A stretch of 64,000 nucleotides of DNA from Candidatus Heimdallarchaeota archaeon (GCA_018238155.1 JABCTZ010000036.1:224001-288000), one strand, 5' to 3'. Positions 9,516 through 20,287 are shown, counted from the stretch's first letter. Numbers and translations are program-made. The notes: generated by a model from the letters alone, not told the origin.

Positions 9516-10925
9516 TTATTGGACTAAACCAAATCCAATAAGTCTAAATCTCCCTTCAAGACGTCTGGAGATAGCAACTCGTGTTCCTTTCTCTGCACAT
9601 ACAAGCCGATCAAGTTTAACAGTTATATTCTTTCCTTTAAGACTACTAATTTGACCGAGAGTTATTGCCGTCCAAACATTCAACATCAGTTGTTCTCCAA
9701 CTGCAAGATTTTTCACTTTCGTCTTTTTATCGAGTCCTACAACAAAGTCCATCAAGTTAATTGAAAGCTCAATATATTCAATTACTGGAGGTAGTTTATC
9801 TGGTTTTCCAATAATATTTCCAACTAAACTATCTGCTTTGGTGACTGCGGGATCAATATCTGTCCCTATGGACATTAATCCACCTGGTTTTGCTTCTTTA
9901 ACTTTACCGAGAGTTCCTGCATGGATAGAAATGACTTTGGTTTTAATGGATTCAACCTTTCGGCCTGAACGAATACCTGGTCGAATTTCAATATCATCTC
10001 CTTCTTTTAGGATGCCACAAATTATTGAACCACCTAAAACACCCCCAAGCAAATCTTCTGGAATTGTTCCAGGTTTGTTTACTTCAAAGGAACGAGCGAC
10101 AAACATTCGTGGCTCAACTTTTTCATCTCGTTTTGGTGTTTTGATAATTTTTTCAATAGTTTCAATAAGAAGATCGAGATTTACTCCATGAATAGCACTC
10201 ATTGGAATGATGGGTGCTCCTTCAGCAACAGTTCCTTTTACAAATTTAATAATATCATTGTAACTTTCAAGTGCTTGTTCTTCAGTTACAAGTTCGATTT
10301 TATTTTGAACAATAATAATATTCTGTATTCCTACAGCATCCATTGCCGCGAGATGTTCTCGTGTTTGTGCTTGAGGACAAAACTCATTTGCAGCGATGAC
10401 TAAAATAGCACCATCAAAAATTGCTGCACCTGTAAGTAGAGTTGCCATTAAAACTTCGTGACCGGGAGCATCTACAAAAGAAATTCTGCGACTTACTTTT
10501 GTTTCTGCTTGGCATTTTGGACAAGTTGTCTCAGTTGACCATTTGTTTGTACCAGTACATTTTGGACAATAACGTGTATCAGTATCAGCGTATCCAAGCC
10601 TAATAGTTATACCACGTTTAAGTTCTTCAGAATGAGTGTCTGGGAAGGTTCCAGTTAAAGCCTTCACAAGAGTTGATTTACCATGGTCAACATGACCAAT
10701 GGTTCCAATATTGATCTCAGCTTGATTTCCTGTAGAATATTCTTCAGTCTCAACAACCACATCAGTTTTCTTTGATTTTTTCGTCGTTTTTGAGGAAGCT
10801 TTCTTCTTTTTTGAAGCAGTGCTAGCCTTCTTTGTTGGTTTCTTACTGCTAGCTTTTTTCTCAGTTTCAGCTTTCTCGTTAGCAATATTTGTTTCTTCAT
10901 TATCTGAGGTGGTTTCTTTAGACAA
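9516..10925 (-). CDS. eif2g: Translation initiation factor 2 gamma subunit (aIF2gamma)
   Basis: QAEINIGTIGHVDHGKST, RGITIRLGY, CPKC..CPKC knuckle, DAPGHE, QNKIE, RFRLIGFG. Confidence 0.97.
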   Translation of the reverse strand: MSKETTSDNEETNIANEKAETEKKASSKKPTKKASTASKKKKASSKTTKKSKKTDVVVETEEYSTGNQAEINIGTIGHVDHGKSTLVKALTGTFPDTHSEELKRGITIRLGYADTDTRYCPKCTGTNKWSTETTCPKCQAETKVSRRISFVDAPGHEVLMATLLTGAAIFDGAILVIAANEFCPQAQTREHLAAMDAVGIQNIIIVQNKIELVTEEQALESYNDIIKFVKGTVAEGAPIIPMSAIHGVNLDLLIETIEKIIKTPKRDEKVEPRMFVARSFEVNKPGTIPEDLLGGVLGGSIICGILKEGDDIEIRPGIRSGRKVESIKTKVISIHAGTLGKVKEAKPGGLMSIGTDIDPAVTKADSLVGNIIGKPDKLPPVIEYIELSINLMDFVVGLDKKTKVKNLAVGEQLMLNVWTAITLGQISSLKGKNITVKLDRLVCAEKGTRVAISRRLEGRFRLIGFGLVQ

Positions 10926-10932
10926 AACGATT

Positions 10933-11319
10933 CTATTCTCCAGTAGTAATCAATTCTTCAATTTTCTTTTTGCCCATCGTAACGATTTTCATATTGATTT
11001 GATAAATTTCATCACTAATGGTGTTTCCTCTCACTAACTTCCTCTTTTTTAATCCCTTTACAGTGATTCTAAACCCTTGGCTTTTAGTTGTGAGGATTTT
11101 CTTTCTGATTGGTCCGTCAAGGTTGCTTTTCATTGGGAAACCATCTTTATCGCTTCCGCCTGTAATCTTGAACACATATCCCGGATATCCGAGTGGGGTG
11201 CCATCAAATTCTTCACTAATTTTTTTACCAATTAATGGATTGGCTTTTGCGCCTTCAATAACTGTTTTGTAGCTTTTCCCGGATGCTGGGTCACCAATGT
11301 TTAGTTGGAATTTTGCCAA
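10933..11319 (-). CDS. rps6e: 30S ribosomal protein S6e
   Basis: ITGGSDKDGFPM, RKLVRGNTIS. Confidence 0.97.
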   Translation of the reverse strand: MAKFQLNIGDPASGKSYKTVIEGAKANPLIGKKISEEFDGTPLGYPGYVFKITGGSDKDGFPMKSNLDGPIRKKILTTKSQGFRITVKGLKKRKLVRGNTISDEIYQINMKIVTMGKKKIEELITTGE

Positions 11320-11452
11320 TTAAGATTTCTCCATGTAATTTAATGATTGATAGTCTCACAATCACTAATCTCTACTCGATTTCGGTTAAAAATGCTATAT
11401 ATATTTTCCGATGGTTCTTTTTCTATTTTAGAACAAGGAAATTTCTGTTCAT

Positions 11453-12388
11453 CTAATATCCATTATTTATCATAATATTTCTTAGAATATCGTTGTAGTG
11501 ATATTTTTCACCGATGATTTCCTTTATTTCTGAATAGTATTTTTGTAATAAAGAAGGCATTGCTTTTGTAGCAAAAAGCTTTCTAATAGCTTGAATTCTA
11601 TCTCTGAATTTTGCTGCACCTTCAAAATTCTCGGCAGCAATTTCTATTTGCATCATTTCTTCGAGACGTTTAATTACTCTTTCACCATTATTCTCTAATT
11701 CAGCAATGAACTCCTTAACATACCCATTGTATTGTTGAAAATCATAGTCACCATTTCTACAAGGAGCTAAACAACGATTGATTTGATGACGAATACATGA
11801 TACTGGATATTTACTCCCAAGAGTAATTGTAAGAAGAGAGTTACAGATAGGAATTACTGTCAAAAAACCATCCATAGCAATGTCTATGTCAGAGGCAATA
11901 TTAAATGGACCAAAGATATAACTTTCGGGAAGAAGAGATTGGTAGCTCGTAAGAACTCTAGGAATTTCTTCACCAATTGTCACTTCAATAAAGGGATATC
12001 TCCATACATGCTTGTTTAATTCAGGACGAAAAGCTGAGATCAAACATCCTTCCAATGTTAGGGCTTCATCATCATTTCCGGTAATGATATATTTGATTTT
12101 CTTAGTTAATTTTCTGATTTTTGTCTTCTTTTTTCGTTGTTTATTGTAAATAATTGAAGGTAAATTTTCTATATGTTTTATTTGAAAGTCCCACGTGGTA
12201 ATAGCTTTTGATGTTTCTTTGGTCTTTAGGTTCACTTTTTTGAAAACTTTCATTGGTCCTTTACGAAAATGATCAGTAACTCTGCGTTTGAGGTTCACTG
12301 CTTTGCCTATGTAAATTATTCTGTCTTTATCATCTAGGAAAAAATAGACACCAGTTTCTACAGGAATCTCTTTGATTAAATCGATCAT
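11453..12388 (-). CDS. UvrC N-terminal-like (Cho-type) GIY-YIG endonuclease with UVR domain
   Basis: GVYFF..IYIGKAVNLKRRV, EALTLE, PELN, Cys cluster CxxHQINRCLAPC, UVR motif ENFEGAAKFRDRI. No RNase H or HhH C-terminal half. Confidence 0.85.
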   Translation of the reverse strand: MIDLIKEIPVETGVYFFLDDKDRIIYIGKAVNLKRRVTDHFRKGPMKVFKKVNLKTKETSKAITTWDFQIKHIENLPSIIYNKQRKKKTKIRKLTKKIKYIITGNDDEALTLEGCLISAFRPELNKHVWRYPFIEVTIGEEIPRVLTSYQSLLPESYIFGPFNIASDIDIAMDGFLTVIPICNSLLTITLGSKYPVSCIRHQINRCLAPCRNGDYDFQQYNGYVKEFIAELENNGERVIKRLEEMMQIEIAAENFEGAAKFRDRIQAIRKLFATKAMPSLLQKYYSEIKEIIGEKYHYNDILRNIMINNGY

Positions 12389-12567
12389 TGGTAAGAAACA
12401 CCATTTACAATGCTTTTCTTTTGGAAAGAGGAAATATAAAACTAATTAATATAATTGTAAACTCGAAAATCAATGTGTCCAACAATTTTATTAAGACGCG
12501 CTGATGGTTTTTAAGCGAAGAAATTTTATCATTTCTGATAAATTAATAAAAATTAGAGGAAATAATT

Positions 12568-13827
12568 ATGCCAAGTTCAAAAGAACTCATTGAAATGGAT
12601 AACCTATACGGAGCACACAACTACCATCCGATTCCAGTTGTTATCTCCAAAGCAGAAGGTGTTTGGGTTTACGACCCAGAAGGAAAAAAATATCTGGATT
12701 GCTTATCAGCATATTCCAGTCATAATACAGGACACAGACATCCTGAAATCATTAAAGCACTTAAAGAGCAAGCGGATTTAGTTACACTTACTTCTCGTGC
12801 TTTTCACAATGATAAAATGGGTCCTTTCTTAAAGAAACTCTGTGAAGTAGTAGGACCACATGTTAGTGATCCTAAAAAATCTGGTATTATGGCTCTTCCA
12901 ATGAATACTGGTGCAGAAGCTGTTGAAACTGGTTTGAAAGTAGCTCGAGCATGGGGTTACATAAAGAAGAAAATACCAAAAGATAAAGCACAAATAATTG
13001 TTTGTAGAGACAATTTTCATGGGAGAACAATAACAATTGTTGGTTTTAGTACTGATATTAGCCATGGAAGATATTTTGGAAATTTCGGTCCTTTCACTCC
13101 AGGTTTTACTACTGTCTCCTATGGTAATGCAGAAGAATTAGAAAATACTATTTTAGAACTTGGACCTGAGAATGTTGCAGGGTTCTTATTTGAACCACTC
13201 CAAGGAGAAGCAGGAGTTATAGTTCCTGTTGAAGGTTTTATGACGAAAGCTAGAGAAATCTGTACAAAATATAATGTATTAATGATTGCAGACGAAATCC
13301 AATCAGGTCTATGTCGTACAGGAAAACTCTTTGCTGTAGATCATGAAGATGTTAAGCCTGATATGTTCTTATTAGGAAAAGCTCTTGGTGGTGGTGTCTA
13401 TCCTGTTTCTGCTGTGGTTGCAACTACTGATGTAATGGGTCCTGAAATTATTTCTCCAGGTGTGCATGGAAGCACTTTTGGTGGAAATCCATTAGGTTCT
13501 GTTGTAGGAATCAAGTCTCTCGAGATTCTCATCGAAGAAAAATTAGCCGAGAAATCAGAAGAGATGGGCAAATACTTCAGAAAAGGCTTGCGGAAAATTG
13601 CTGCAATGAAAACCAAAGTACCTATCATTGATGTTCGTGGTAAAGGATTACTAATTGCCATAGAAATAATTGGTAAAGCGCGACCTATCACAGAAGGAAT
13701 GATGAAGAAAGGTTTACTAGCAAAAGAGACACACGATACAATAATTCGATTTGCTCCACCTTTGGTCATAACAAAAGAAGAAATAGATTGGGCATTAAAG
13801 ATTATTGAAGAAGTATTTACAAAGTAA
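12568..13827 (+). CDS. rocD: Ornithine--oxo-acid aminotransferase
   Basis: YGAHNYHP, LSAYS, LTSRAF, MNTGAEAVET, EPLQGEAG, DEIQSGL, LGKALGGG, HGSTFGGNPL. Confidence 0.95.
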   Translation: MPSSKELIEMDNLYGAHNYHPIPVVISKAEGVWVYDPEGKKYLDCLSAYSSHNTGHRHPEIIKALKEQADLVTLTSRAFHNDKMGPFLKKLCEVVGPHVSDPKKSGIMALPMNTGAEAVETGLKVARAWGYIKKKIPKDKAQIIVCRDNFHGRTITIVGFSTDISHGRYFGNFGPFTPGFTTVSYGNAEELENTILELGPENVAGFLFEPLQGEAGVIVPVEGFMTKAREICTKYNVLMIADEIQSGLCRTGKLFAVDHEDVKPDMFLLGKALGGGVYPVSAVVATTDVMGPEIISPGVHGSTFGGNPLGSVVGIKSLEILIEEKLAEKSEEMGKYFRKGLRKIAAMKTKVPIIDVRGKGLLIAIEIIGKARPITEGMMKKGLLAKETHDTIIRFAPPLVITKEEIDWALKIIEEVFTK

Positions 13828-13958
13828 GTACCTAAACTTACTTCAATTTTTCTTTTTTTTAAAGCATTCTTTGTTCTATTTTGGTTCACTTTTTTTGAAC
13901 GGGTATCTATAAGAGATGTTTCACAGTTTAGAGTCTTATCATTAAAAAAGAGGGCTTT

Positions 13959-16859
13959 ATGCCAATGACTACTCAACAATCCGATACAAAAGAAAGTAAA
14001 ACATCATTTAAAATTATCTTTGGTGTTTTTCTTAAAACCGGAAAAAAAAGAATGATTACATCCATAATTACTGGGGCAATCATTTTTCTAGGATTAACAA
14101 CATTCTTTATGACATGGTACGGTTTGCGATATGATTCATTCTATACTTATATTGATCAAAATCATCCATGGAATAAAGATGAGAACATCAGTGTTTTTGG
14201 AATAGAGGAGATCTATGGAAATTATTCTATAGAAAATAACCTCCTTGATCTTGCTATTGCTGAATCAACACAGAAAATTGACAAATTAGTACCCGGAATA
14301 AGGGGAAATTACACTGCAGGAATGCGTTTGGATCTCTATACAAATTCTTCTGATAACACTGAAATTTTAACCAATGATTTGATTTCATTAGATATATCTT
14401 CTACACAAACACTTAGTTCTTGCTTAACAAGTGGACGTATGCCAGAAAATTATACTGAAATAGTTTTTTATAAAAAAAGCAGCAATTCAAATGTTTCAAT
14501 AAATGATATTATTTCATTTCATGCTTTTGGAGCTTCAAGTGATTTCTCTAAAAAAACATTAAACTGTACTGTTGTCGGTATCTTACAGAATGTAAGAGAG
14601 ATTTTGTATAGTAAAGGAGTATCCGCTGATTTTCTAATACAACCTGATGACTATTTCTTTTGGGACCCAGGTGCTAAAACATCTGATAATGATCAATTCT
14701 TTTCAAAAGATTTCTTCATGGATGACATTCTCAATTACTTTCCTGGAATCATTTCCAAATTTGTAATAGGTGTAGATTTTGATTACCAAATTTCAATTGC
14801 CCACATCAAGAATTTACGTAAGATTTCAAAAGATTTAGCTAAAGTTCAATATAGCTATGATGAGAGCTTTGATTACTTTCCAGGATATTATGTAACTTTC
14901 TGTGATGATTTAGTAAATGCTTTCGGGAATTTTGAACGACAGTGGATGGGTCAAACAATAAGTGTATTTGCATCAAGTTTACCTTTGTTGTTTATATTTG
15001 GAGTAATTGTTGTTGAAATATTTAATATTGGTTCATTTGAACAAGAATCAAAGTTTCGATTACTTAAAACTCATGGTTTAGAGTTTAAAATGATTAGAAA
15101 AATGTTGATATTGGAAAATTTCATTACTACCAGTTCAAGTTTAATTACTGGTTTTAGTTTAGGACTTTTAACAGGATTTTTAGTATTCCTTAAACTAGGC
15201 ATCTCAAAAGAGGTAACTTATATTGGTGCAGTATTTGAACCTTTGATTGTTATTGGAACACTGGTCTTATTCTTTGGTTTCTTTATCTTTGGTTTGATAA
15301 TTCAATATTCCCATGCCAAGAAAACTTCAGAAACTGCTACAGAGCAGTTCAAAAGTAAACGAAGAAAACTGATGAAAAAGATATTCGCAACTTCTGAAGT
15401 CATGTTCCTGAATGCTGGAATGTTATTGACATTTGCCGGTCTTTTTGGTAAGATTATTGTAGAATTCTTTAGTTATACTTCTGCAGCTGTTAATCCGGCA
15501 ATAGATTTCCTCATATGGTTTGTGTTAGTATTTGGAATTTTGTTTATATTGACATCAATATTTCTATTGATCTCTCGATTGCTAAATCTAATGTGGAGTG
15601 CAATTGGGAATAAGATATGGACAAATACCAAAAGCTATTTTGCCTTAACGCTAAAACATCTTGCAATCTATAATAAAAACTATCAAAGAATGGTTCTAGC
15701 GATGTTTATGCTTTGCTTAGGCATTACTCCCGGACTTATAATACATAAGTCAATAGAAAATCATAATGTGCTTGAGGCTAAGCTAACTGTTGGTTGTTCT
15801 GATTTTGTTATCGATGATTGGGATATTACAAATGACGTGTTGAAAGCAAATATCTCTTCTATTGAAGGTGTTGAAAATACTACTAAAGTCTCAATTTCAA
15901 AAATGCAAGTTATTACCTATGATGATCCATGGAGTACTTATTCATACAATATAAGATTCTATACAATTCATGATATATCAGAATATTTGCAAGTAGTGAA
16001 TCTAAGTATAATTGACGATGGGTATTCTGAGAAAGATTTGGAAAAATTATCTACAAATCTTACCTATATGATGAGCAGAAGCTATGCACGTGCTGAAAAA
16101 CTGGATAAAAAAGCTATTTTCAAAACAACAATGATTACAAGTGAAGCTTACGAACCATATTCAATGGAACTCATAAATTCATTTGACTATTTTCCATTGT
16201 TAACAGTAGTTAAGTCTAGTTTAGGTAATCTCCTCTTTCCTACAAAACAATTTGATTTGGTTATTGGAGGTACAACTTCAGGTATGCTTCTAAATAGAAC
16301 TGATAATTCTGTGAATACGAAGAGTTACTTACTCATCAATGCCAAACAAGGAGCTAATATAACTAAAATCAAGAATGAAATCAATCAGAAATTTAGTTTG
16401 ACAGCAAAAACACTTGATGATGTGACGACTGATTTGAATAAATCAGTTAGTAAATATGCTCAGATATTTCTTGTAATCACTTCAATAATTACTGCGATTG
16501 CTATTTTCTTCTTAGGTCTAATTTCGGCGATCAACGTTTATAGGCAAAGATTGAGAATAATTGAGTCTGAATTCCAATTAGGAGCTCAAAGACGACAAAT
16601 CTGGGGTAGTTTTACTTTAGAAGTTCTTTTAATAATTCCAATCCCAATTGCAATCTCAATGGCGATAGGAATTCCGGCTATAAATCTACTAACAAGTAAT
16701 GTTCTCAATATTACTGAGAATTTCAAGCAATTTAAATCATGGATGCCATGGTGGATAATTCTAATCGTAATTGCAATCGGTGTAATAGCTTTAATGTCAA
16801 GTTGGTTGCTAAAAATAATACCATTAGTGAAAAGCTATAAACCAATAAAGCAGGAGTGA
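13959..16859 (+). CDS. FtsX/MacB-like ABC transporter permease
   Basis: Two large extracytoplasmic domains (GRMPENYTEI; GCSDFVI) each followed by a TM bundle; GTGA overlap with the ATPase gene. Confidence 0.8.
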   Translation: MPMTTQQSDTKESKTSFKIIFGVFLKTGKKRMITSIITGAIIFLGLTTFFMTWYGLRYDSFYTYIDQNHPWNKDENISVFGIEEIYGNYSIENNLLDLAIAESTQKIDKLVPGIRGNYTAGMRLDLYTNSSDNTEILTNDLISLDISSTQTLSSCLTSGRMPENYTEIVFYKKSSNSNVSINDIISFHAFGASSDFSKKTLNCTVVGILQNVREILYSKGVSADFLIQPDDYFFWDPGAKTSDNDQFFSKDFFMDDILNYFPGIISKFVIGVDFDYQISIAHIKNLRKISKDLAKVQYSYDESFDYFPGYYVTFCDDLVNAFGNFERQWMGQTISVFASSLPLLFIFGVIVVEIFNIGSFEQESKFRLLKTHGLEFKMIRKMLILENFITTSSSLITGFSLGLLTGFLVFLKLGISKEVTYIGAVFEPLIVIGTLVLFFGFFIFGLIIQYSHAKKTSETATEQFKSKRRKLMKKIFATSEVMFLNAGMLLTFAGLFGKIIVEFFSYTSAAVNPAIDFLIWFVLVFGILFILTSIFLLISRLLNLMWSAIGNKIWTNTKSYFALTLKHLAIYNKNYQRMVLAMFMLCLGITPGLIIHKSIENHNVLEAKLTVGCSDFVIDDWDITNDVLKANISSIEGVENTTKVSISKMQVITYDDPWSTYSYNIRFYTIHDISEYLQVVNLSIIDDGYSEKDLEKLSTNLTYMMSRSYARAEKLDKKAIFKTTMITSEAYEPYSMELINSFDYFPLLTVVKSSLGNLLFPTKQFDLVIGGTTSGMLLNRTDNSVNTKSYLLINAKQGANITKIKNEINQKFSLTAKTLDDVTTDLNKSVSKYAQIFLVITSIITAIAIFFLGLISAINVYRQRLRIIESEFQLGAQRRQIWGSFTLEVLLIIPIPIAISMAIGIPAINLLTSNVLNITENFKQFKSWMPWWIILIVIAIGVIALMSSWLLKIIPLVKSYKPIKQE

Positions 16860-18526
16860 TTGAAATGATACGTTGCAGAGATTTAATAAAAATATTCGAA
16901 GACGAAGAAAATGAAGGTAATCGAATACCAGCCCTTCGAGGTTTTGATTTAGACATCAAAGAAGGAACTATTGTTTCAATGGTAGGTCCAAGTGGTAGTG
17001 GTAAAACAACTTTGATAAACATTTTATCTGGACTCTTAAAAGCGTCTAGTGGAGAATGCAAAGTTGGTAATTACGATCTTGAGTTGATGAATCAAAAATC
17101 TTTGAATAAATATCGACTAAAGAACGTTGGAATTATTGACCAATTCCCAGAAAGAACACTATTTCTAGATGCAACAGTAGAAGAAAACATGAATTTTTCC
17201 GTAGGATTAATTTTTGGTAATTCTACTGACTTCAAATCTAGGAATCTTGAAATACTTGAAACCTTAGGAATTGATCATCTCATATCCAGACGAGTGAGAT
17301 TTCTATCTGGAGGTGAAATGACTAGAACTGCTGTTGCATGTGCATTAGCAAAGAATGTTCCTCTCCTTCTATGTGATGAACCAACCGGGCAATTGGACAG
17401 CCTCAATACTGAGAAAGTAAAAAACTTGCTCAGAAAAGTTGCTCATGATTTCGGAACAACTATCCTAGTCGTTACACATGATTATCGCTTTTTTGATGGA
17501 GTAGATAAAACATGTGAAATACGAGATGGTAGAGTGACCTCTATGCTCTCTTTAGAGGAACAAATGCTCCTCAATGGAAACAAAGAATACCCCTTAAAAT
17601 TCAGAGGTCAAATTGATTCATCAAATAGTGTTCGAATACCTGATCTCGTTTTAAGATCATTGAAAGTCAAACGAGAAGTTGATTTTGAATTGTTTGAGGA
17701 AGGCGAAGTAAAACTCTCTCATCCAGAGAATTTACCACCCGAAAGAGTGGTCAAGGAAGACATCAAAGTTCGTCGAAAAGATTTGTATGTAAATCCCTTG
17801 TCTCAAACACACTTCACAGGAAAAGAGATAATGGTTGATCTACAAGATGTATCCAAAACCTATCGTGGTAATGGTGCTGAAGTCGAAGCTCTACAAAATA
17901 TCAATTTAAAACTCTATAAAGGTGAGTTGATATTTGTTCTTGGACCAAGCGGGTCTGGAAAAACAACTTTGATTAAACTTTTATCAGGTTTAGATAATCC
18001 TACAAGTGGTTCAATTTTTTACCAAAACACTGACTTTACAAAATTATCTGATATGCAAAAATCAGATTTTCGTAGAAATGAGATGGGTTTAGTCTCACAA
18101 CAAGGAAACCTTCATCCATTTTTAACAATTGATGACAATTTCTATCTTAAGGATATCTTTTCAGGGAATCGTTATACAAATGCTACAAATTTAGATGAGA
18201 GAAATGTTGAATATCTTACTAAATTTAAAATCAACCATCGCAAAAATTCCTATCCTCTTGAAATTTCAGGAGGTGAATTACAAAGAGCTTCCCTTGCAAT
18301 AGCAAACTACTCCTATCCACCTATAATCATATTAGATGAACCAACGGCTAATTTTGATTCAGAATTAGCTACACATGCTATTGAAGAAATCTATGCCACA
18401 CACAAGAATTCAGATACTACTTTTATTATCGCAACTCACGACATAGCTTTAATCAAAGATGGAATACGTGCAATAGAATTGCAAGATGGACAAATTAGTA
18501 AAGATGGTATTGTGTTCACGAAATAG
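16856..18526 (+). CDS. ABC ATP-binding protein with two LolD/MacB-type ATPase domains
   Basis: Two GPSGSGKTT Walker A motifs, LSGGE/ISGGE signatures, DEPT twice. Confidence 0.92.
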   Translation: MIEMIRCRDLIKIFEDEENEGNRIPALRGFDLDIKEGTIVSMVGPSGSGKTTLINILSGLLKASSGECKVGNYDLELMNQKSLNKYRLKNVGIIDQFPERTLFLDATVEENMNFSVGLIFGNSTDFKSRNLEILETLGIDHLISRRVRFLSGGEMTRTAVACALAKNVPLLLCDEPTGQLDSLNTEKVKNLLRKVAHDFGTTILVVTHDYRFFDGVDKTCEIRDGRVTSMLSLEEQMLLNGNKEYPLKFRGQIDSSNSVRIPDLVLRSLKVKREVDFELFEEGEVKLSHPENLPPERVVKEDIKVRRKDLYVNPLSQTHFTGKEIMVDLQDVSKTYRGNGAEVEALQNINLKLYKGELIFVLGPSGSGKTTLIKLLSGLDNPTSGSIFYQNTDFTKLSDMQKSDFRRNEMGLVSQQGNLHPFLTIDDNFYLKDIFSGNRYTNATNLDERNVEYLTKFKINHRKNSYPLEISGGELQRASLAIANYSYPPIIILDEPTANFDSELATHAIEEIYATHKNSDTTFIIATHDIALIKDGIRAIELQDGQISKDGIVFTK

Positions 18527-18547
18527 TAAAATGAACGCAATATTTTC

Positions 18548-20191
18548 TTATTTTTTCTTTTTTCTCTTAATTATTAACGCAGCCATTGTACTTAGTGAAA
18601 AAAGACCTATTAATACACTAAATACAGAAAAGCTCTCAAGAAAAGGAGTGAAATCTTCCGGATAAGTTGAACCACCGAAAAATATTTCCTCGGGTGGTGT
18701 ATATATCAAATCTTCTCTTGGAGGAAATTTATCAATATCTGTTGGGTCTGTTGAAGCTAAAACTTCAATACCATCGGCAAAACCATCTAAATCTGTATCT
18801 GAGTTATTTACTTCTGTATTATAATAGATTTCAGAAAGGTCATCTAGTAAATCTGAATCTTTATCTTGCCAACCGGTGTTACTGAAAGATCCCCGATAAC
18901 AAAACCATGGAGAATCTCCAGATTGAGTAACCCCTGTCAATTCCAAACAGTACAAATTTGAATCATAATATCCTGAACCAAAGATTATCTCGGAAACATT
19001 ATCATTATCAAGATCAATAACACATGAAGATGTTCTTGCAGGAGCAAGAAGAGTATACTTCCAAAGCATATTACCATTATTTTGTAAACAGTAAAAATCA
19101 TAATTATTGCTACCTATTAAAATTTCATAAAAACCATCGTTGTCTAAATCAGCGATTGAAGGGGAAGACCAAATGCTTTCTCCTGTAGAAAAAGTCCAGT
19201 TAATAGTTCCATTGTGGAATAAACAATGTATCATCCCGTCATTTGATCCAAAAATAATTTCTTTGTTAGAGTCACCAAATAAGTCGTATATTGCAGGAGA
19301 AGAAAAGATGCTGTCAGTAGTAAAATATCTCCAATTTGTGTGTCCCGTTGAATTGAGACAATAGATGCTATTGTTCACTGAACCAATAATTATCTCTAAT
19401 TTTCCATCTCCATTCAAATCACTGATCGTTGGTGAAGAAAAACTTACTTGCGAAACCTGTGTTGCTTTCCAAACAAGCTCACCCGATGAACTAAGGCAAT
19501 ATAAAGCATCTGTTCCAGCAAAAACTTCTAGATGTCCATCAGAATCAATATCAGATATACCTAATGCACTTCCAAAATAAAATGCGCCAGCTGTTTTATA
19601 GCTCCATTCTAATGAACCATTAGATCCAAGACAATAAAGAATCGAATCTCCTGAACCAATTAAGACTTCAAGTTCGTTATCCATATCAATATCAATAATG
19701 GTTGGAGTTGTTGATACTTCTCCTCCTGTAGTATAGATCCAATTGGTATAAACCATTGCATAATCATCCTCTATAACAGGAGTGATACAATAGATGTTGT
19801 TATCATATGATCCAAATACAATGTCAAGAAAGCCATCTTTGTTTAAATCTGCAACAGCTGGTGTGGATGAAATAACATCATCAGCAAAGTAACACCATAA
19901 TTCATTTCCATCTTTATCAACACAGTAGAGACAACCATCTTGTGAACCAAAAATGATCTCAAGATTTCCATCTCCTTCCAAATCGAATGGAATTGGTGAA
20001 GTCCCAATGGAACTAAATGTAGGGAAGACCCATTTCAAATTTACACCCATAGCTTCAATTGAATAGCTGTCAAGATTTTCACTAGTCACTTGCGAGCTTG
20101 TTTCTACAAATGATGATTGTGAAATAAATAACAAACAAATGACAACTGCTATGGATTTCTTCAAGTCAAATCTCTCTAAGTGATAGATCAT
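18548..20191 (-). CDS. Membrane-anchored FG-GAP/PQQ-like beta-propeller surface protein
   Basis: Signal peptide, about seven SxPxIxDLxxDGxxEIIxGS repeats, DxDxD calcium-binding repeats, C-terminal TM helix plus KRKKKK. Confidence 0.85.
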   Translation of the reverse strand: MIYHLERFDLKKSIAVVICLLFISQSSFVETSSQVTSENLDSYSIEAMGVNLKWVFPTFSSIGTSPIPFDLEGDGNLEIIFGSQDGCLYCVDKDGNELWCYFADDVISSTPAVADLNKDGFLDIVFGSYDNNIYCITPVIEDDYAMVYTNWIYTTGGEVSTTPTIIDIDMDNELEVLIGSGDSILYCLGSNGSLEWSYKTAGAFYFGSALGISDIDSDGHLEVFAGTDALYCLSSSGELVWKATQVSQVSFSSPTISDLNGDGKLEIIIGSVNNSIYCLNSTGHTNWRYFTTDSIFSSPAIYDLFGDSNKEIIFGSNDGMIHCLFHNGTINWTFSTGESIWSSPSIADLDNDGFYEILIGSNNYDFYCLQNNGNMLWKYTLLAPARTSSCVIDLDNDNVSEIIFGSGYYDSNLYCLELTGVTQSGDSPWFCYRGSFSNTGWQDKDSDLLDDLSEIYYNTEVNNSDTDLDGFADGIEVLASTDPTDIDKFPPREDLIYTPPEEIFFGGSTYPEDFTPFLESFSVFSVLIGLFSLSTMAALIIKRKKKK

Positions 20192-20287
20192 AGTATAATT
20201 AAATATAGTCTTCTAAAATTATTAACTTTTAGTACAAAAATAGAGCTGTACATTTACTAATGAGTTAAAAAAGAAAATACTGAAATG

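Noticed and set aside
11453-12388. Homing endonuclease or mobile element
   Set aside because: The Cys cluster and UVR domain mark it as UvrC/Cho-like, and there is no intron, intein or terminal-repeat context
18900-20000. Periodic sequence that might be a CRISPR array or tandem DNA repeat
   Set aside because: The periodicity is at protein level (FG-GAP repeats, as with the LVIVD repeats at 32.8-34.6 kb); there are no identical DNA repeats with spacers
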